Source: Mobula hypostoma (lineage: Eukaryota). From it: DNA of 64,000 nt. Both the position numbers and the translations under genes were made by a program. The stretch is taken from the NCBI RefSeq assembly GCF_963921235.1, contig NC_086097.1, positions 124,498,001-124,562,000 of the forward strand, written 5' to 3'. Every line of letters begins with the position of its first letter. Within the stretch, counting starts at the first letter, position 1. This document shows, in pieces, positions 27,802 to 40,414 of this stretch. Below the pieces are notes generated by a model, which made no database searches, was not told the origin of the DNA, and was given only the letters and a program-made list of their open reading frames with translations.

Positions 27802-28749
27802 TGTTGTGTATTTCGTATTTGAGTAATATTGTCAATATACTGTTTGATCAAGCATTCTTTGTTGTTTACATAATTTATTACAGATATATGTAAAAGTACA
27901 TGAATGTCATTACACTACCGTGTAAAAAGTACGCACCATGTTAAAGATGAAAGCGAAGAGTACATGTTTGTCCCAGTGTCCCTGTGTTTTCCTTCCAATT
28001 AGTTTTGTGTTTTAGAAACGTAGAATGTAGAAACATAGAAAACCTACAACACAATACAGGCCCTTCGGCCCACAAAGCTGTGCCAAACATGTCCTTACCT
28101 TAGAAATTACCTAGGGTTACCCATAGCCCTCTATTTTTCTGAGCTCCATGTACCTGCCCAGGAGTCTCTTAAAATACCCTGTCATATCCACCTCCACCAC
28201 TGATGCCGGCTGCCCATTCCATGCACTGACCACTCTCTGCGTAAAAAAACTTACCCGACATCTCCTCTGTGCCTACTTCCAAGCTCCTTAAAACTGTGCC
28301 CTCTTATGCTACCCATTTCAGCCCTGGGGAAAAGCTTCTGACTATCCACATGACCAATGCCTCTCATCATCTTATACACCTCTATCAGGACACCTCTCAT
28401 CCTCCATCACTCCAAGGGAAAAAAGGCCGAGTTCACTCAACCTATTCTCATAAGGCATGCTCCCCATCCAGGGAACATCCCTCTGCACCCTTTCTATGGT
28501 TTCCACGTCCTTTCTGTAGTGAGGTGACCAGAATTGAGCACAGTACTCCAAGTGGAGTCTGACCAGGGTCCTATATAGCTGCAACATTACCACTCGGCTC
28601 CTAAACTCAATCCCGTGATTGATGAAGGCCAATACGCCATACACCTTCTTAACCACAGAGTCAACCAGCGCAGCAGCATTGAGTTTCCTATGGACTCGGA
28701 CCCCAGGATCCCTCTGATCCTCTGCATTTTAGAGTTACAAAGTATAACA
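27802..28749 (+). mobile_element. Solo LTR (same family as the Gypsy LTR) split by a CR1 insertion
   Basis: Starts tgttgtgta, ends tataaca; collinear with 23540-23757; ttttaga is repeated on both sides of the CR1. Confidence 0.65.
28020..28725 (-). mobile_element. CR1 LINE 3' fragment
   Basis: VKKVYGVLAFINHGIEFRSR..LQLYRTLVRLHLEYCAQFWSPHYRKD; catagaaa tail. Confidence 0.9.
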
Positions 28750-30876
28750 TTTTCCTTCTCGTTCCATTCACCCCTACTGAGAAATTAACATTGTCCTTCT
28801 CGTTCCGTTCACCCCTACTGAGAAATTAACATTGTCCTTCTCGTTCCATTCATCCCTACCGGGGAATTAACATTGTCCTTCTAGTTCCATTCACCCCTAC
28901 TGAGAAATTAACATTGTCCTTCTCGTTCCGTTCACCCCTACTGAGAAATTAACATTGTCCTTCTCGTTCCATTCATCCCTACCGGGGAATTAACATTGTC
29001 CTTCTCGTTCCGTTCACCCCTACCGAGAAATTAACATTGTCCTTCTCGTTCCATTCACCCCTACTGAGAAATTAACATTGTCCTTCTCGTTCCATTCATC
29101 CCTACCGGGGAATTAACATTGTCCTTCTCGTTCCATTCACCCATACCGAGAAATTAACATTGTCCTTCTCGTTCCATTCACCCCTACTGAGAAATTAACG
29201 TTGTCCTTCTCATTCCATTCACCCCTACCGGGGAATTAACATTGTCCTTCTCGTTCCATTCACCCCTACTGAGAAATTAACATTGTCCTTCTCGTTCCAT
29301 TCATCCCTACCGGGGAATTAATATTGTCCTTCTCGTTCCATTCACCCCTACCGGGGAATTAACATTGTCCTTCTCGTTCCGTTCACCCCTACCGAGAAAT
29401 TAACATTGTCCCTCTCGTTCCATTCACCCCTACCGAGAAATTAACATTGTCCTTCTCGTTCCGTTCACCCCTACTGAGAAATTAACATTGTCCTTCTCGT
29501 TCCATTCATCCCTACCGGGGAATTAACATTGTCTTTCTCGTTCCATTCATCCCTACTGAGAAATTAACATTGTCCTTCTCGTTCCATTCACCCCTACCGG
29601 GGAATTAACATTGTCCTTCTCGTTCCATTCACCCCTACTGAGAAATTAACATTGTCCTTCTCGTTCCATTCACCCCTACCGGGGAATTAACATTGTCTTT
29701 CTCGTTCCATTCACCCCTACTGAGAAATTAACATTGTCCTTCTCGTTCCGTTCACCCCTACTGAGAAATTAACATTGTCCTTCTCGTTCCATTCATCCCT
29801 ACCGGGGAATTAACATTGTCCTTCTCGTTCCGTTCACCCCTACCGAGAAATTAACATTGTCCTTCTCGTTCCATTCACCCCTACTGAGAAATTAACATTG
29901 TCCTTCTCGTTCCATTCATCCCTACCGGGGAATTAACATTGTCCTTCTCGTTCCATTCACCCATACCGAGAAATTAACATTGTCCTTCTCGTTCCATTCA
30001 CCCCTACTGAGAAATTAACGTTGTCCTTCTCATTCCATTCACCCCTACCGGGGAATTAACATTGTCTTTCTCGTTCCATTCACCCCTACTGAGAAATTAA
30101 CATTGTCCTTCTCGTTCCCTTCACCTCTACCGAGAAATTAACATTGTCCTTCTCGTTCCATTCACCCCTACTAAGAAATTAACATTGTCCTTCTCGTTCC
30201 GTTCATCCCTACCGGGGAATTAACATTGTCCTTCTAGTTCCATTCACCCCTACTGAGAAATTAACATTGTCCTTCTCGTTCCATTCATCCCTACCGGGGA
30301 ATTAACATTGTCCTTCTCGTTCCATTCACCCCTACCGGGGAATTAACATTGTCCTTCTCGTTCCATTCACCCCTACCGAGGAATTAACATTGTCCTTCTC
30401 GTTCCATTCACCCCTACTGAGAAATTAACATTGTCCTTCTCGTTCCATTCACCCCTACTGAGAAATTAACATTGTCCTTCTCGTTCCATTCACCCCTACT
30501 GAGAAATTAACATTGTCCTTCTCGTTCCATTCACCCCTACCGGGGAATTAACATTGTCTTTCTCGTTCCATTCACCCCTACCGGGGAATTAACATTGTCC
30601 TTCTCGTTCCATTCACCCCTACTGAGAAATTAACATTGTCCTTCTCGTTCCATTCACCCCTGCTGAGAAATTAACATTGTCCTTCTCGTTCCATTCATCC
30701 CTACTGAGAAATTAACATTGTCTTTCTCGTTCCATTCACCCCTACTGAGAAATTAACATTGTCCTTCTCATTCCATTCACCCCTACTGAGAAATTAACAT
30801 TGTCCTTCTCGTTCCATTCACCCCTACGGAGAAATTAATGTTGTCCTTCTCGTTCCATTCACCCCTACTGGGGAAT
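28745..30876. repeat. 41-bp minisatellite, ~52 copies with interspersed variants
   Basis: Unit gtccttctcgttccattcacccctactgagaaattaacatt; variants ctgagaa/ccgggga and ccattcacc/ccgttcacc/ccattcatc. Confidence 0.97.
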
Positions 30877-31479
30877 AGGCTGCTGACAGCAGCTCACCAG
30901 AGACTTCTGTCCTGGGCCAAAGGTTGATTGGCCCTGTGGTTTCCACTTTCCCCACACGACATCATATGTCATCGAGGTGAAGACCCTTCCTCTGCCAGAG
31001 ATGCAGTCTTTGGAGCTTCTGTTGGCATTTCCGTAGCTCTGGGTTTTTACGGGATGGGGTTGCCAGCTTCATGCCCAACCCTCCTCCTTTCACAGTTGGG
31101 CATAGCACTGTTCATGGTGGAGTTCATCCCTTCTTACTTCTAGCTAAATAGCTGGGCAGTCATTGACCCAAAACAATAGCTCTGTTTTTAATTCTCTCCA
31201 CAAACATTACCCAATTTTAGAAGCATTTTTATTCCATATAGATAGAGCTCCTCCCAACTTCCCTTGAGGGAAGTTTGAAACTAGTTAATGATTCAGCCAC
31301 TGTGAGAGATTGCAAAGGATAAGGTTTCACTGGCAGGCTTGTTTGCACTTGGAAAAACTGCATCAACATCAGTGGAACCTTTTGTCCAAGTTTCTTTGTA
31401 TTGCCTTTCAGAATGACACATTTCACTGTATGTTTTGATGTACATGTGACAAATAAAGCTAATCTTTCAACTTTAAACA

Positions 31480-32770
31480 CAGAACACAACAGCACAGTAC
31501 AGGTCCTTCAGACTATGATGTCCTGCTGACCCCGTAACTTACTCCAAGATCAATCTAAACTGCTCTCCTGCACAGACCCCCATTTTTCTTTCATCCGTGT
31601 GCCTATGAGTCTCTGCCTCTATCTCCACTGCTCTGTGTGAAATATCCACCTCTCTAGTCTCTCTCCTATTCTTTCCTGCAGTCACCATCAAATTTTTCCT
31701 TGATATATTATCCACTGCCACCCCAGAAGAAAGTGTGCTGGCCCTCCACTTGGTCCAGTCACCTCTCGTCTTCCCTGGTTTTCCCTGGGTCTCGCTCAAC
31801 CTGTCCCCATACGACATGGTCTCTCACAGAGTCAGAGAACACTACATCACAGAAACAGTCCCCTCAGCCCAGATAGTCTGTGCCGAACTGTTATTCTGCT
31901 GAGTCTCATCGACCTGCAATCGGACTATACCCCTCCTGTCCATATCCAAAACTTCTCTTAAATTTTGAAATTGAACCCACGTCCACCACTTCCACTGGCA
32001 GCTTCTTCCACACTCACACCACCCTGAGAGTGAAGATCCCCCTCATGTTCCCTTAGATATTTCACCATCTACCCTTAACCTGTGACATCATTTCTAGTTT
32101 CACCCAAGCTCAGTGGAAAACACCTGCTTCCATTAACCCTATCAATACCCCTCATAATTTTGTTTACCTCTATCAAATCTCTCCTCATTCTCCTAAATTT
32201 TCCAGGGAACAAATTCCTAATCTATTCAACCTAATCCAGGCGGCATCCTGATAAATCTCCTCTGCTCCCTCTCTAAGGCTTCCACATCCATCCTATAAAT
32301 GAGGCAACTAGAAGTGAACACAATATTCCAAATGTAGTCCAACCAGAAGCTGCAACATTACCTTATGGTTCTCGAATGCAATCCACCAATTAATGAAGGC
32401 TAACGCACCATTCGCTTTCCTAACCACCCTATTAACTTGCGTGGCAGCTTTGAGGGATCCATGGACCTGGACCCCAACAACCCTCTGGTCCTCCACACTG
32501 CTAAGATTCCTGCCATTAACCCTAATTCAACCTTCTGAAGTGAATCTCTTCTCCAGATTAAATTCCAACTCCTACTTCTCAGTCCAGCTCTGCATCCTAT
32601 CATTGTCCTGTTATGACCTATGACAACCGTTTAAATAATCCACACTACCACCAACCTTCGTCACATCTGAAAGCTTATTAATCCACCCTTCCACCTCCTC
32701 CTCCATATCATTTATAAAAATCACAAAGAGCAGGAGTCACAGAAAAGATCCCTGTGGAACACCTCTGTTC
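31480..32770 (-). mobile_element. Degenerate CR1 LINE pieces, one nested in another (~31830-32230)
   Basis: VVRKANGALAFI..LHLEYCVHF; two separate CR1 3' ends. Confidence 0.75.
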
Positions 32771-33150
32771 ATTACCCAAGCAGCTCACAAGTTGGAAATG
32801 CAGACACCCAGAAACATATATAAATGAAACCCAGGTCAGCTAAGGGAGGCATGTGGTTAAATAAGTGTGTTTAACTCAAGTCATTCAGATTTCTCTACAG
32901 CAGGTGTTCCCACCCTTTTTTATGTCATAGACCAATACCGTTAAGCAAGGGATCCATAGACCCTATGTTGGGAATCTCTGCGCTAGAGGTTGCTATGATA
33001 TTGTCATGAAGTAAGTTCCTACAAAGTAGAAGATGCCTGCAGTTGCAGAGCAGCCAGAAAATCCACCCACTGATTTCCCGAGCTCTCATTTATATGTAAT
33101 GGCTCTCCAAAAGTCAGCCTCCCCAGACATGTCTTTTGCTTGCGAGACAG

Positions 33151-33389
33151 CCTTGGCTATGATTCCAACGTTCTTTGCTAGCCTCAGGACACAATCATCT
33201 GATTCACCCATCTTGCAAATAGCTCCACGGATGGCATAGGTTTTGTGCTCTCCATTGAATTTCCCAGTTAGTTTATCAGCCTCAGCAAGGTTGATTTGAA
33301 TGAAACCATTTGGCACCAATAATTCAGTTGCTAGTAGAGCATTTTCATGAAACACGAAGATCAACGAATTCTCCTGCGTCGTTCTACAT
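33151..33389 (-). pseudogene. RPS21: Processed pseudogene of 40S ribosomal protein S21
   Basis: Intronless [24 protein letters not shown], then a frameshift, then [50 protein letters not shown]; three in-frame stops and a deletion. Confidence 0.93.
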
Positions 33390-33799
33390 GTTGGATTTAG
33401 ATAAGTAAGAGGACATTTATTCATTTGTGATAGCGATCTGCACCCAATTGGGCGACCCCAGTTCAATTCCCACTGCTGTCTGTAAGGAGTTTGCACGTTC
33501 TCCCTCTGACCACATAGGCTTCCTCCAGCTGCTCCAGTTTACACCCACGTTTCAAAGACATATGTGTTTGTTGGTCGCATGAGTGTAACTGGGTGGTGTG
33601 GGCTCATTGGGCCGGTTACCATGCTGGATCTCTAAATAAAGATATAAATCAGGCACTTGTAACTCAGGGAGGGCCTGCACATGCAAATTCTTTGCCCGCT
33701 CAGCAACTCTTGCTCACCTTTTCCAATTCAAGGATGCATGCTTAGCCATTGCTGTGCTCCCTCTCCCTATACCCATGTTGGTGTGGCTTGGCACAGCGT

Positions 33800-34290
33800 A
33801 AACACTATCTATTGATTCACCGGTGACACAGCTGCTGTTGGCAGAATCTCAGATGGCAAAGAGGCAGTGTACAGGAGTGACACACGTCGGATGGTGAAGT
33901 GGTCTTGCAACAACAACCTTGCACTCAACGTCAGTAAGAACAATCGCGTACTTCGAGAAGGGAACACACACCAGTTCTCATTGAGAAGGGGTAGTCGAGG
34001 GACCACAAACCAGTTCTAGAAGGGTCAGCATTGGAAAAGGTGAGCAGTTTCAATTTCCTGTGTGTCAACATTGTATATATTATGAAGAAAGCATGCCAGA
34101 GGCTATATTTAATTCAGAGTTTGAAGAGAATTGATGTTAACAAAGACTTCAGAAAATTTCTACAGAGGAGAGCATTCAGACTAGTTGCATCACCAACTGG
34201 TAAGGAAACACCAGTGGACAGGGTCGGAAAAAGGTGCAGAGGGTGGTAAACCCAGAGCGTACCCCTTCTCTTACAAGGCAATGACTTCAA
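33800..34290 (+). mobile_element. Rex1/Babar-like LINE fragment
   Basis: Degenerate F.GDTA.VG.IS...W...NNLALNVSK and KKACQRLY motifs. Confidence 0.65.
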
Positions 34291-34655
34291 GAGCAAGAAC
34301 ATATTCTGGTAAATCCTGTCTGGACTGGAAGAACAGAAACTGTTTTTATCAACAAGCAGTTCTGGTTACAACTGGAAGGCACTGCTCTTAACTATTGCAG
34401 CCACGGTTCAGTTTTATCTGTTCGCCTGAATCAGAACACAGTTGTTTCATGTTCCGTTCCAGAGTCTTAAACACGAAATCTCCCTTAACCCTCACTGTAC
34501 TACACTGTCGAAAGCCCTACATTTCAGATTAGATATTAACTGAATTGCAAATAGACATTATAAATTCCAAGGCATTATTTTAACACAAGGTGAGAGAAAG
34601 AGATCTTCCCTTCTTTTTTTTGACAATGCTTATTTCTCAATCAAATCTTTATATA

Positions 34656-35162
34656 TACTCAGTGGTCACTTTATTAGAAACACCTGCTCATTGATGCAAC
34701 TATCTAATCAGCCAATCATGTGGCAGTGACTCAATGCATAAAAGCATGCAGACACAGTCAAGAGGTTCAGACCAAATATCGGAATAAGAAGAAATGTGAT
34801 CCAAGTAACTCTGACCGTGGAATGATTGTTGGTGCCAGATGGGGTGGTTTCAGTATCTCAGAAACTGCTGATCTCCTGAGATTTTCACACACCACAGTCT
34901 CTGAAGATTATAGAGAAGGGTACCAAAAACAAAAAAAAAATCCAGTGAGCAGCAGTTCTGTGGGTGAAAATGAGAGAAGGCAAAGGAGAATGGGCAAAGT
35001 GGTTCAAATTGACAGGAAGGTGAGAATGACCACGTGTTAGAACAGTGGTGTGCGGAAGAGTGTCTCTGAATGCACAACATGTCTAACCTCGAAGTGGATG
35101 GCTACAACAGTAGCAGATCTCACCGTGTTCCACCCTGTACCTAACAAAGTAGCCACTGAGTG
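34656..35162 (+). mobile_element. Non-autonomous Tc1-like DNA transposon
   Basis: Both TIRs with TA flanks; KKCDPSNSDRGMIVGARWGGFSISETADLLRFSHTTVS. Confidence 0.88.
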
Positions 35163-35199
35163 TATACATAGATTGCCTAATCTGAAGTGAAGAGCAAAA

Positions 35200-37390
35200 G
35201 GATATATGGAGAATAGGACCAATCAGGTGCAATAGTGGAAACATGTGCATGGAGTCAGAGGAGGTAGCAGAGGTACTTAATCAATACTTTGCTTCAGTAT
35301 TCACCAGGGAAAAAGACCTTGGCAATTATGGGGATGACCTAGAGTGAACTGAAACGCTGGAGCATACAGACATTCAGAAAGAGGACGTGCTGAAGTTTTT
35401 GAAAAGCATCAAGTTAGATAAGTCACCGGGACCGGATGAGATGTACCCCAGGCTACTGTGGGAAGTGAAGAAGAAGATTGCTGAGCCTCTGGCGATGATC
35501 GTTGCATTGTTAATAGGGATGGGAGAAGTACCGGAGGATTAGAAGTTTGCAAATGTTGCTCCCTTATTCACGAAAAGGAGTAGAGATAACCCAGGAAATT
35601 ATAGACCAGTGAGTCCGACTTCAGTGGTGGGCAAGTTGTGGGAGAAGATCCTGAGAGGCAGGATTTATGAGCATTTGGAGAGACATAATCTGATTAGGGA
35701 TAATTGGCATGGCTTTGTCAAGGCCAAGTCATGTTTTACAAGCCTGATTGAATTTTTTGAGGAACTAACAAAACACATTGATGAAGGTGGAGCAGTGCAT
35801 GTAGTGTATATGGATTTCAGTAAGGCACTTGATAAGGATCCCTCTGCAAGGCTCCTTCAGAAAGTAAGGAGGCATGGGATCCAAGGAGACCTTGCTTTGT
35901 GGATCCAGAATTGGCTTGCCCACAGAAGGCAAAGGGTGGCTGTAGATGGTTCGTATTCTGCATGGAGGTCGGCGACCAGTGGTGCACCTCAGGGATCTGT
36001 TCTGGGATCTCTCGTCTTTGTGATTTTTATAAATGACCTGGATGAAGAAGTAGAAGAGTGGGTTAGTAAGTTTGCTGATGACACAAAGGTTGGGGGTGTT
36101 GTGGATAGTGTGGAGGGTTGTCAGAGGCTACAGTGGGACATCGATAGGATGCAGAATTGGGCTGAGAAGTGGCAGATGGACTTTAACCCAGATAAGTGTG
36201 AAGTGATTCATTTTGGTAGGTCAAATTTGAAGACAGAATATAATATTAATGGTAAGACTCTTGATAGTGTGGAGGATCTGAGAGATCTTGGGGTCCATGT
36301 CCACAGGACATTCATAGCTGCTGCGCAGATTGACAATGTTGTTAAGAAGGTGTATCGTGTACCCGCCTCGGAGTACTGAAATATCACGTTTATCCGGTTA
36401 TGTTATATGGCTCTGAATGTTGGACAATATCTAGTAACATGAGGAAATGAATTGAAGCAGCAGAGATGTGGTTTTTGAGGAGGATGCAAAGAATATCATG
36501 TACAAAACGAATATCTAATGAGGATGTCATGAACAGAGCAAGCACGAAAAGAGAAATAATGTAAGACATCATGAAAAGACAACGTGACTTCATTGGACAT
36601 GTGATTAGGAAAGAGGAGTTAAAATGCACGATGAAGGGAAGAAAGCAAGAGGAAGACAAAGACAAATGATGATGGAGACAGCAGCCAGAGAACGGGAAAT
36701 GAATACCAATGAATTGATCCACTTGACCCGAAACAGGAGTGTGTGGGCCATGGCACCTGATGATGATGATGATGATGATCGTGTATTGGCATTCATCAAC
36801 CGTGGGGCTGAGTTCAAGAGCCAGGAGGGAATGTTACAGCTTGGACCCCACTTGGAGTACTGTGCTCAGTTCTGGTCACCTCACTACAAGAAGGATGTGG
36901 ATGCTATTAAGAGAGTGCAGTGGAGGTTTACAAGGATGTTGCCTAGAATGGAGGGTGTACCTTATGATAATAGGTTAAGTGAACTTGGCCTTTTCTCCTT
37001 GGAGTGACGGAGGATGAGAGGTGACCTGATAGAGGTGTATTAGATGATGAGAGGCATTGATTGTGTGGATAGCCAGAGGCTTTTTCCCAGGGCTGAAATG
37101 GCTAACACAAGGGGGCATAGTTCTATGGTGCTCGGAAATAGGTACAAGGGGGATATCAGGGGTAAGTTTTCCACACAGAGAGTGGTGGGTGCGTGGAATG
37201 CACTGCCGGTGGCAGTGGTGGAAGCGGATACAATAGGGTCTTTTAGGAGCCTCTTAGATAGGTACATGGAGCTGAGAAAAATAGAGGGCTATGCAGTAGG
37301 GAAATTGTAGGCAGCTTCTAGAGTAGGTTACATGGTCGGAGCAACATTATGAGCCAAAGGGCCTGTAATGTACTGTAGATTTGTATGTTT
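35200..37390 (+). mobile_element. CR1 LINE (RT to 3' end) interrupted by an RTE fragment
   Basis: ORF 35609-36379 has YMDFSKALDK, GAPQGSVLG, KFADDTK; CR1 sequence resumes at ~36780. Confidence 0.92.
36362..36777 (+). mobile_element. RTE-clade LINE 3' fragment nested in CR1
   Basis: YPVMLYGSECWTI..IEAAEMWFLRRMQRIS..SNEDVM..FIGHVIRK; (GAT)n tail; 8-bp TSD atcgtgta at 36354-36361 and 36778-36785. Confidence 0.88.
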
Positions 37391-37679
37391 TTGTTTAATC
37401 AGTTTCTCTGTGTTACTGAGAGATACAGCAGAGAAACAGGTCCTTCAGCCCACCAAGAAAAACTACAAACACAGACTGAAACAAACAATGTGCAAAAGAA
37501 AACAATTGTGCAAATAAAATAAATAATTCTGAAAACGTGAGAGTCCTTAAAAATGAGTCCATAGTTTAGGTGAGTGAAGTTACCATACTGGTTCAAAAGC
37601 CTTCAGAGTGAAAGACAATAATGTTCTTGAACCTGGTGGTGTGGAACCAAAGGTACCTCCTTCCTGATGGTAGCAGTGA

Positions 37680-38270
37680 GAAACATAGAAACAGAAAACC
37701 TACAGCATAATACAGGCCCTTCGGCCCACAAAACTGTGCCGAACATGACCTTACCTTAGAAATTACCTAGGGTTACCCATCACCCTCTATTTTTCTAAGC
37801 TCCATGTACCTGTCCAGGAGTCTCTTAAAATATCCTATCGTATCCACCTCCACCACCGTCACCGGCAGCCCATTCCATGCACTCACCACTCTCTGTGTAA
37901 AAAACATACTCTGACATCTCCTTTGTACCTATTTCCAAGCAACTTAAAACTGTGCCCTCTTGTGCTAGCCATTTCAGCCCTGGGAAAAAGCCTCTGACTA
38001 TCCACACAATCAATATTTCTCAACATCTTATAATGCCAGGATGGTGGGGGTCTTTGATGATGGATGCTGCTTTTCCTGTGACAGTGCTCCTTGTAAATGT
38101 GTTTGAATGGTGAAGAGGGTTTTTCCTATGATGTACTGGGCTGGATCCACTACTTTTTCAAGGCTTACCTGCTTTTGGATATTGGTCTTTCCATACCAGG
38201 CTGTGATGCAACCAGTCAGGATACACTCTGCTGTGCATGTGTAGAAATTTGTCAAAGGTTTAGATGACAT
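37680..38270 (-). mobile_element. CR1 3' end (37680-38030) abutting a Rex1-like fragment (38030-38270)
   Basis: catagaaa tail; LTNFYTCTAECILTGCITAWYG. Confidence 0.8.
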
Positions 38271-38809
38271 GTCTATAATGAGGTGACCAGAATGAACACT
38301 GCGAATGAAACTTCTGGTATTAAAGCTACAAAGACTAGAATCAAGGAAGTTATCTCACACTCAACATCAGCAAGACTAGGGAACTGATAGTGGACTTCAG
38401 GAAGGTGAAGTCAGGAGAACATGCAGTCCTTATTCAGGGATCAGCAGTGGAAAGTGTGAGCAGCTTCAGGTTTCTGGCTGCAAAGTCTCAGAGGATCTAT
38501 CATGGCCTCAACATATTAATGCAATCATCATAGTTCTTCCCCTCTCCTTTTTCCACAATGGCCATTCTTATTTTTGTTAATATCCAATTGATTTTTGTTT
38601 GAAACTGTACTCACTTATAAGGAACATAACTCTGTATTACGTGGATGGGACCAAGCAGTGAATCCATCCAAGGTCATTAGCCTGTGGGTTGCTATCTAAC
38701 TGGCAAATACATGAGCAATACCAAGTTGATCCTTTAACCCCACACCAAACAAATACAACGTTGGCAAGACTAACCAATCAGTAATGCCCAACATGATTCA
38801 TCACTCTTA

Positions 38810-39628
38810 TTGGTAAGTGCAAGATCATCCACTTTGGAAGGAAAAAAATGAAAGGGTTGATTGTCGTTTAAATGGTAAAATATTGTAGCATGCTGCTGTG
38901 CAGAGGGACTTGGGAGTCCTCGTGCATGAATCACAAAAGGTTGGTCTGCAGGTTCAGCAGGCTATCAAGAAGGCAAATGGGGTGTTGGCCTTCATTGCCA
39001 GAGGGATTGAATTTAAGAGCAGAGAGGTTATCCTGCAACTGTACAGGGAACTGGTGAGGCTGTACCGGGAGTACTGCGTGCAATTCTGGTCTCCTTACTT
39101 GAGGAAGGATATACGGGCTTTGGAGGCGGTGCAGAGGAGATTCACCAGGTTGATTTCAGAGATCAGCAGGTTAGACTATGAGGACAGGTTGGGTCGTCTG
39201 GGACTGTACTCACTGGAATTCAGAAGGATGAGAGGAGATCTTATGGAACAGATAAAATTTTGAAAGGTGTAGATAAGATAGAGGCAGGAAAGTTGTTTCC
39301 ACTGGTAGGTGAGACAAGAACTAGGGGACATAGCCTCAAGATTCAGGGGATTAGATTTAGGATGGCAATGAGGAGAAACTGCTTTTCCCAGAGAGTGGTG
39401 AATCTGTGGAATTCTCTGCTCAATGAAGCAGTGGAGGCTACTTCAATCAATATATTTGAGACAAGGTTGGATAGATTTTTGCATAGTAGGGGTATTAGGG
39501 GTTACAGGAAAAAGGCAGGTAGGTGGAGATGAGTCCATGGCCAGATCAGCCATGATCTTATTGAATGATGGAGCAGGCTCAATGGGCCAGATGGCCTACT
39601 CCTGCTCCTACTCCCTGTGTTCTCTTAT
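38810..39628 (+). mobile_element. CR1 LINE 3' fragment
   Basis: QRDLGVLVHES..KKANGVLAFIARGIEFKSRE..FSQRVVNLWNSL. Confidence 0.92.
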
Positions 39629-40414
39629 GCAAGAAAACAAGATTTTTTAAGAAATGAAACAAAGTTGTACTTGCAAGGACTCAGCTCTATGCCTACAGGT
39701 AATTATACTCAAATATGCCCAGAAACTCTAACATAGAAATATTATAAACCTTTCTTTGATATACCGTTATTGTGCGTTCGTTATTCCGACTTCCATCTCA
39801 AGTTCATGTTCATTGTCATTCAACAATACACGTGCTAAACGAAACATTGTTCCTCTGGGGCCAAGGTGCAAAACACAGTGAAAGTAGTCACACACGGTCA
39901 CAAACAGCATAGCTACGATCCAACGCATACACTCACACAACAATATTAGCACAAGTCCCTGTGGCATGGCCTGAAGATTGACAAAGTGAGAGAGCAGGTT
40001 TATATAAGACAATATCATGTTACAGGCACTATTAGAATAAAACAAGTGCTCGTATGAATATGAGAAACAGCAGCAACAGAGGATGAAAAATGACCAGTGC
40101 AGGAGGAGAGTGTGTCTGTCAGTTGGGGGAAGAGGTGGGGGGCAGCAGGACATTCATACAGGGTGTACATGTGTGCTGGGTGGCAGCAGGGTGTTAAGAA
40201 GTCTAACAGCCTGACACAGCAGCTGTACAGTGAAATACATAAAATATACTATCACTTAAATTAAGAAATATATATGTATAAATAATTAAACAAGTTGTGC
40301 AAAAAGAGAGTAAGAGTAGTGAGTAAAAATAACAGAGCAGCATCTGTGAAGAAGAGAAATATTTTGTCGAAATAATGCACAATGTTAATCAGCACTGAAG
40401 CCTGAGTAGTAGTC

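Noticed and set aside
28745..30876. CRISPR-like array
   Set aside because: Head-to-tail tandem units with no unique spacers, no cas genes, eukaryotic intron
33086..33496. Functional RPS21 gene or 136-aa ORF
   Set aside because: True frame has three stops and a frameshift; the ORF start comes from an adjacent SINE
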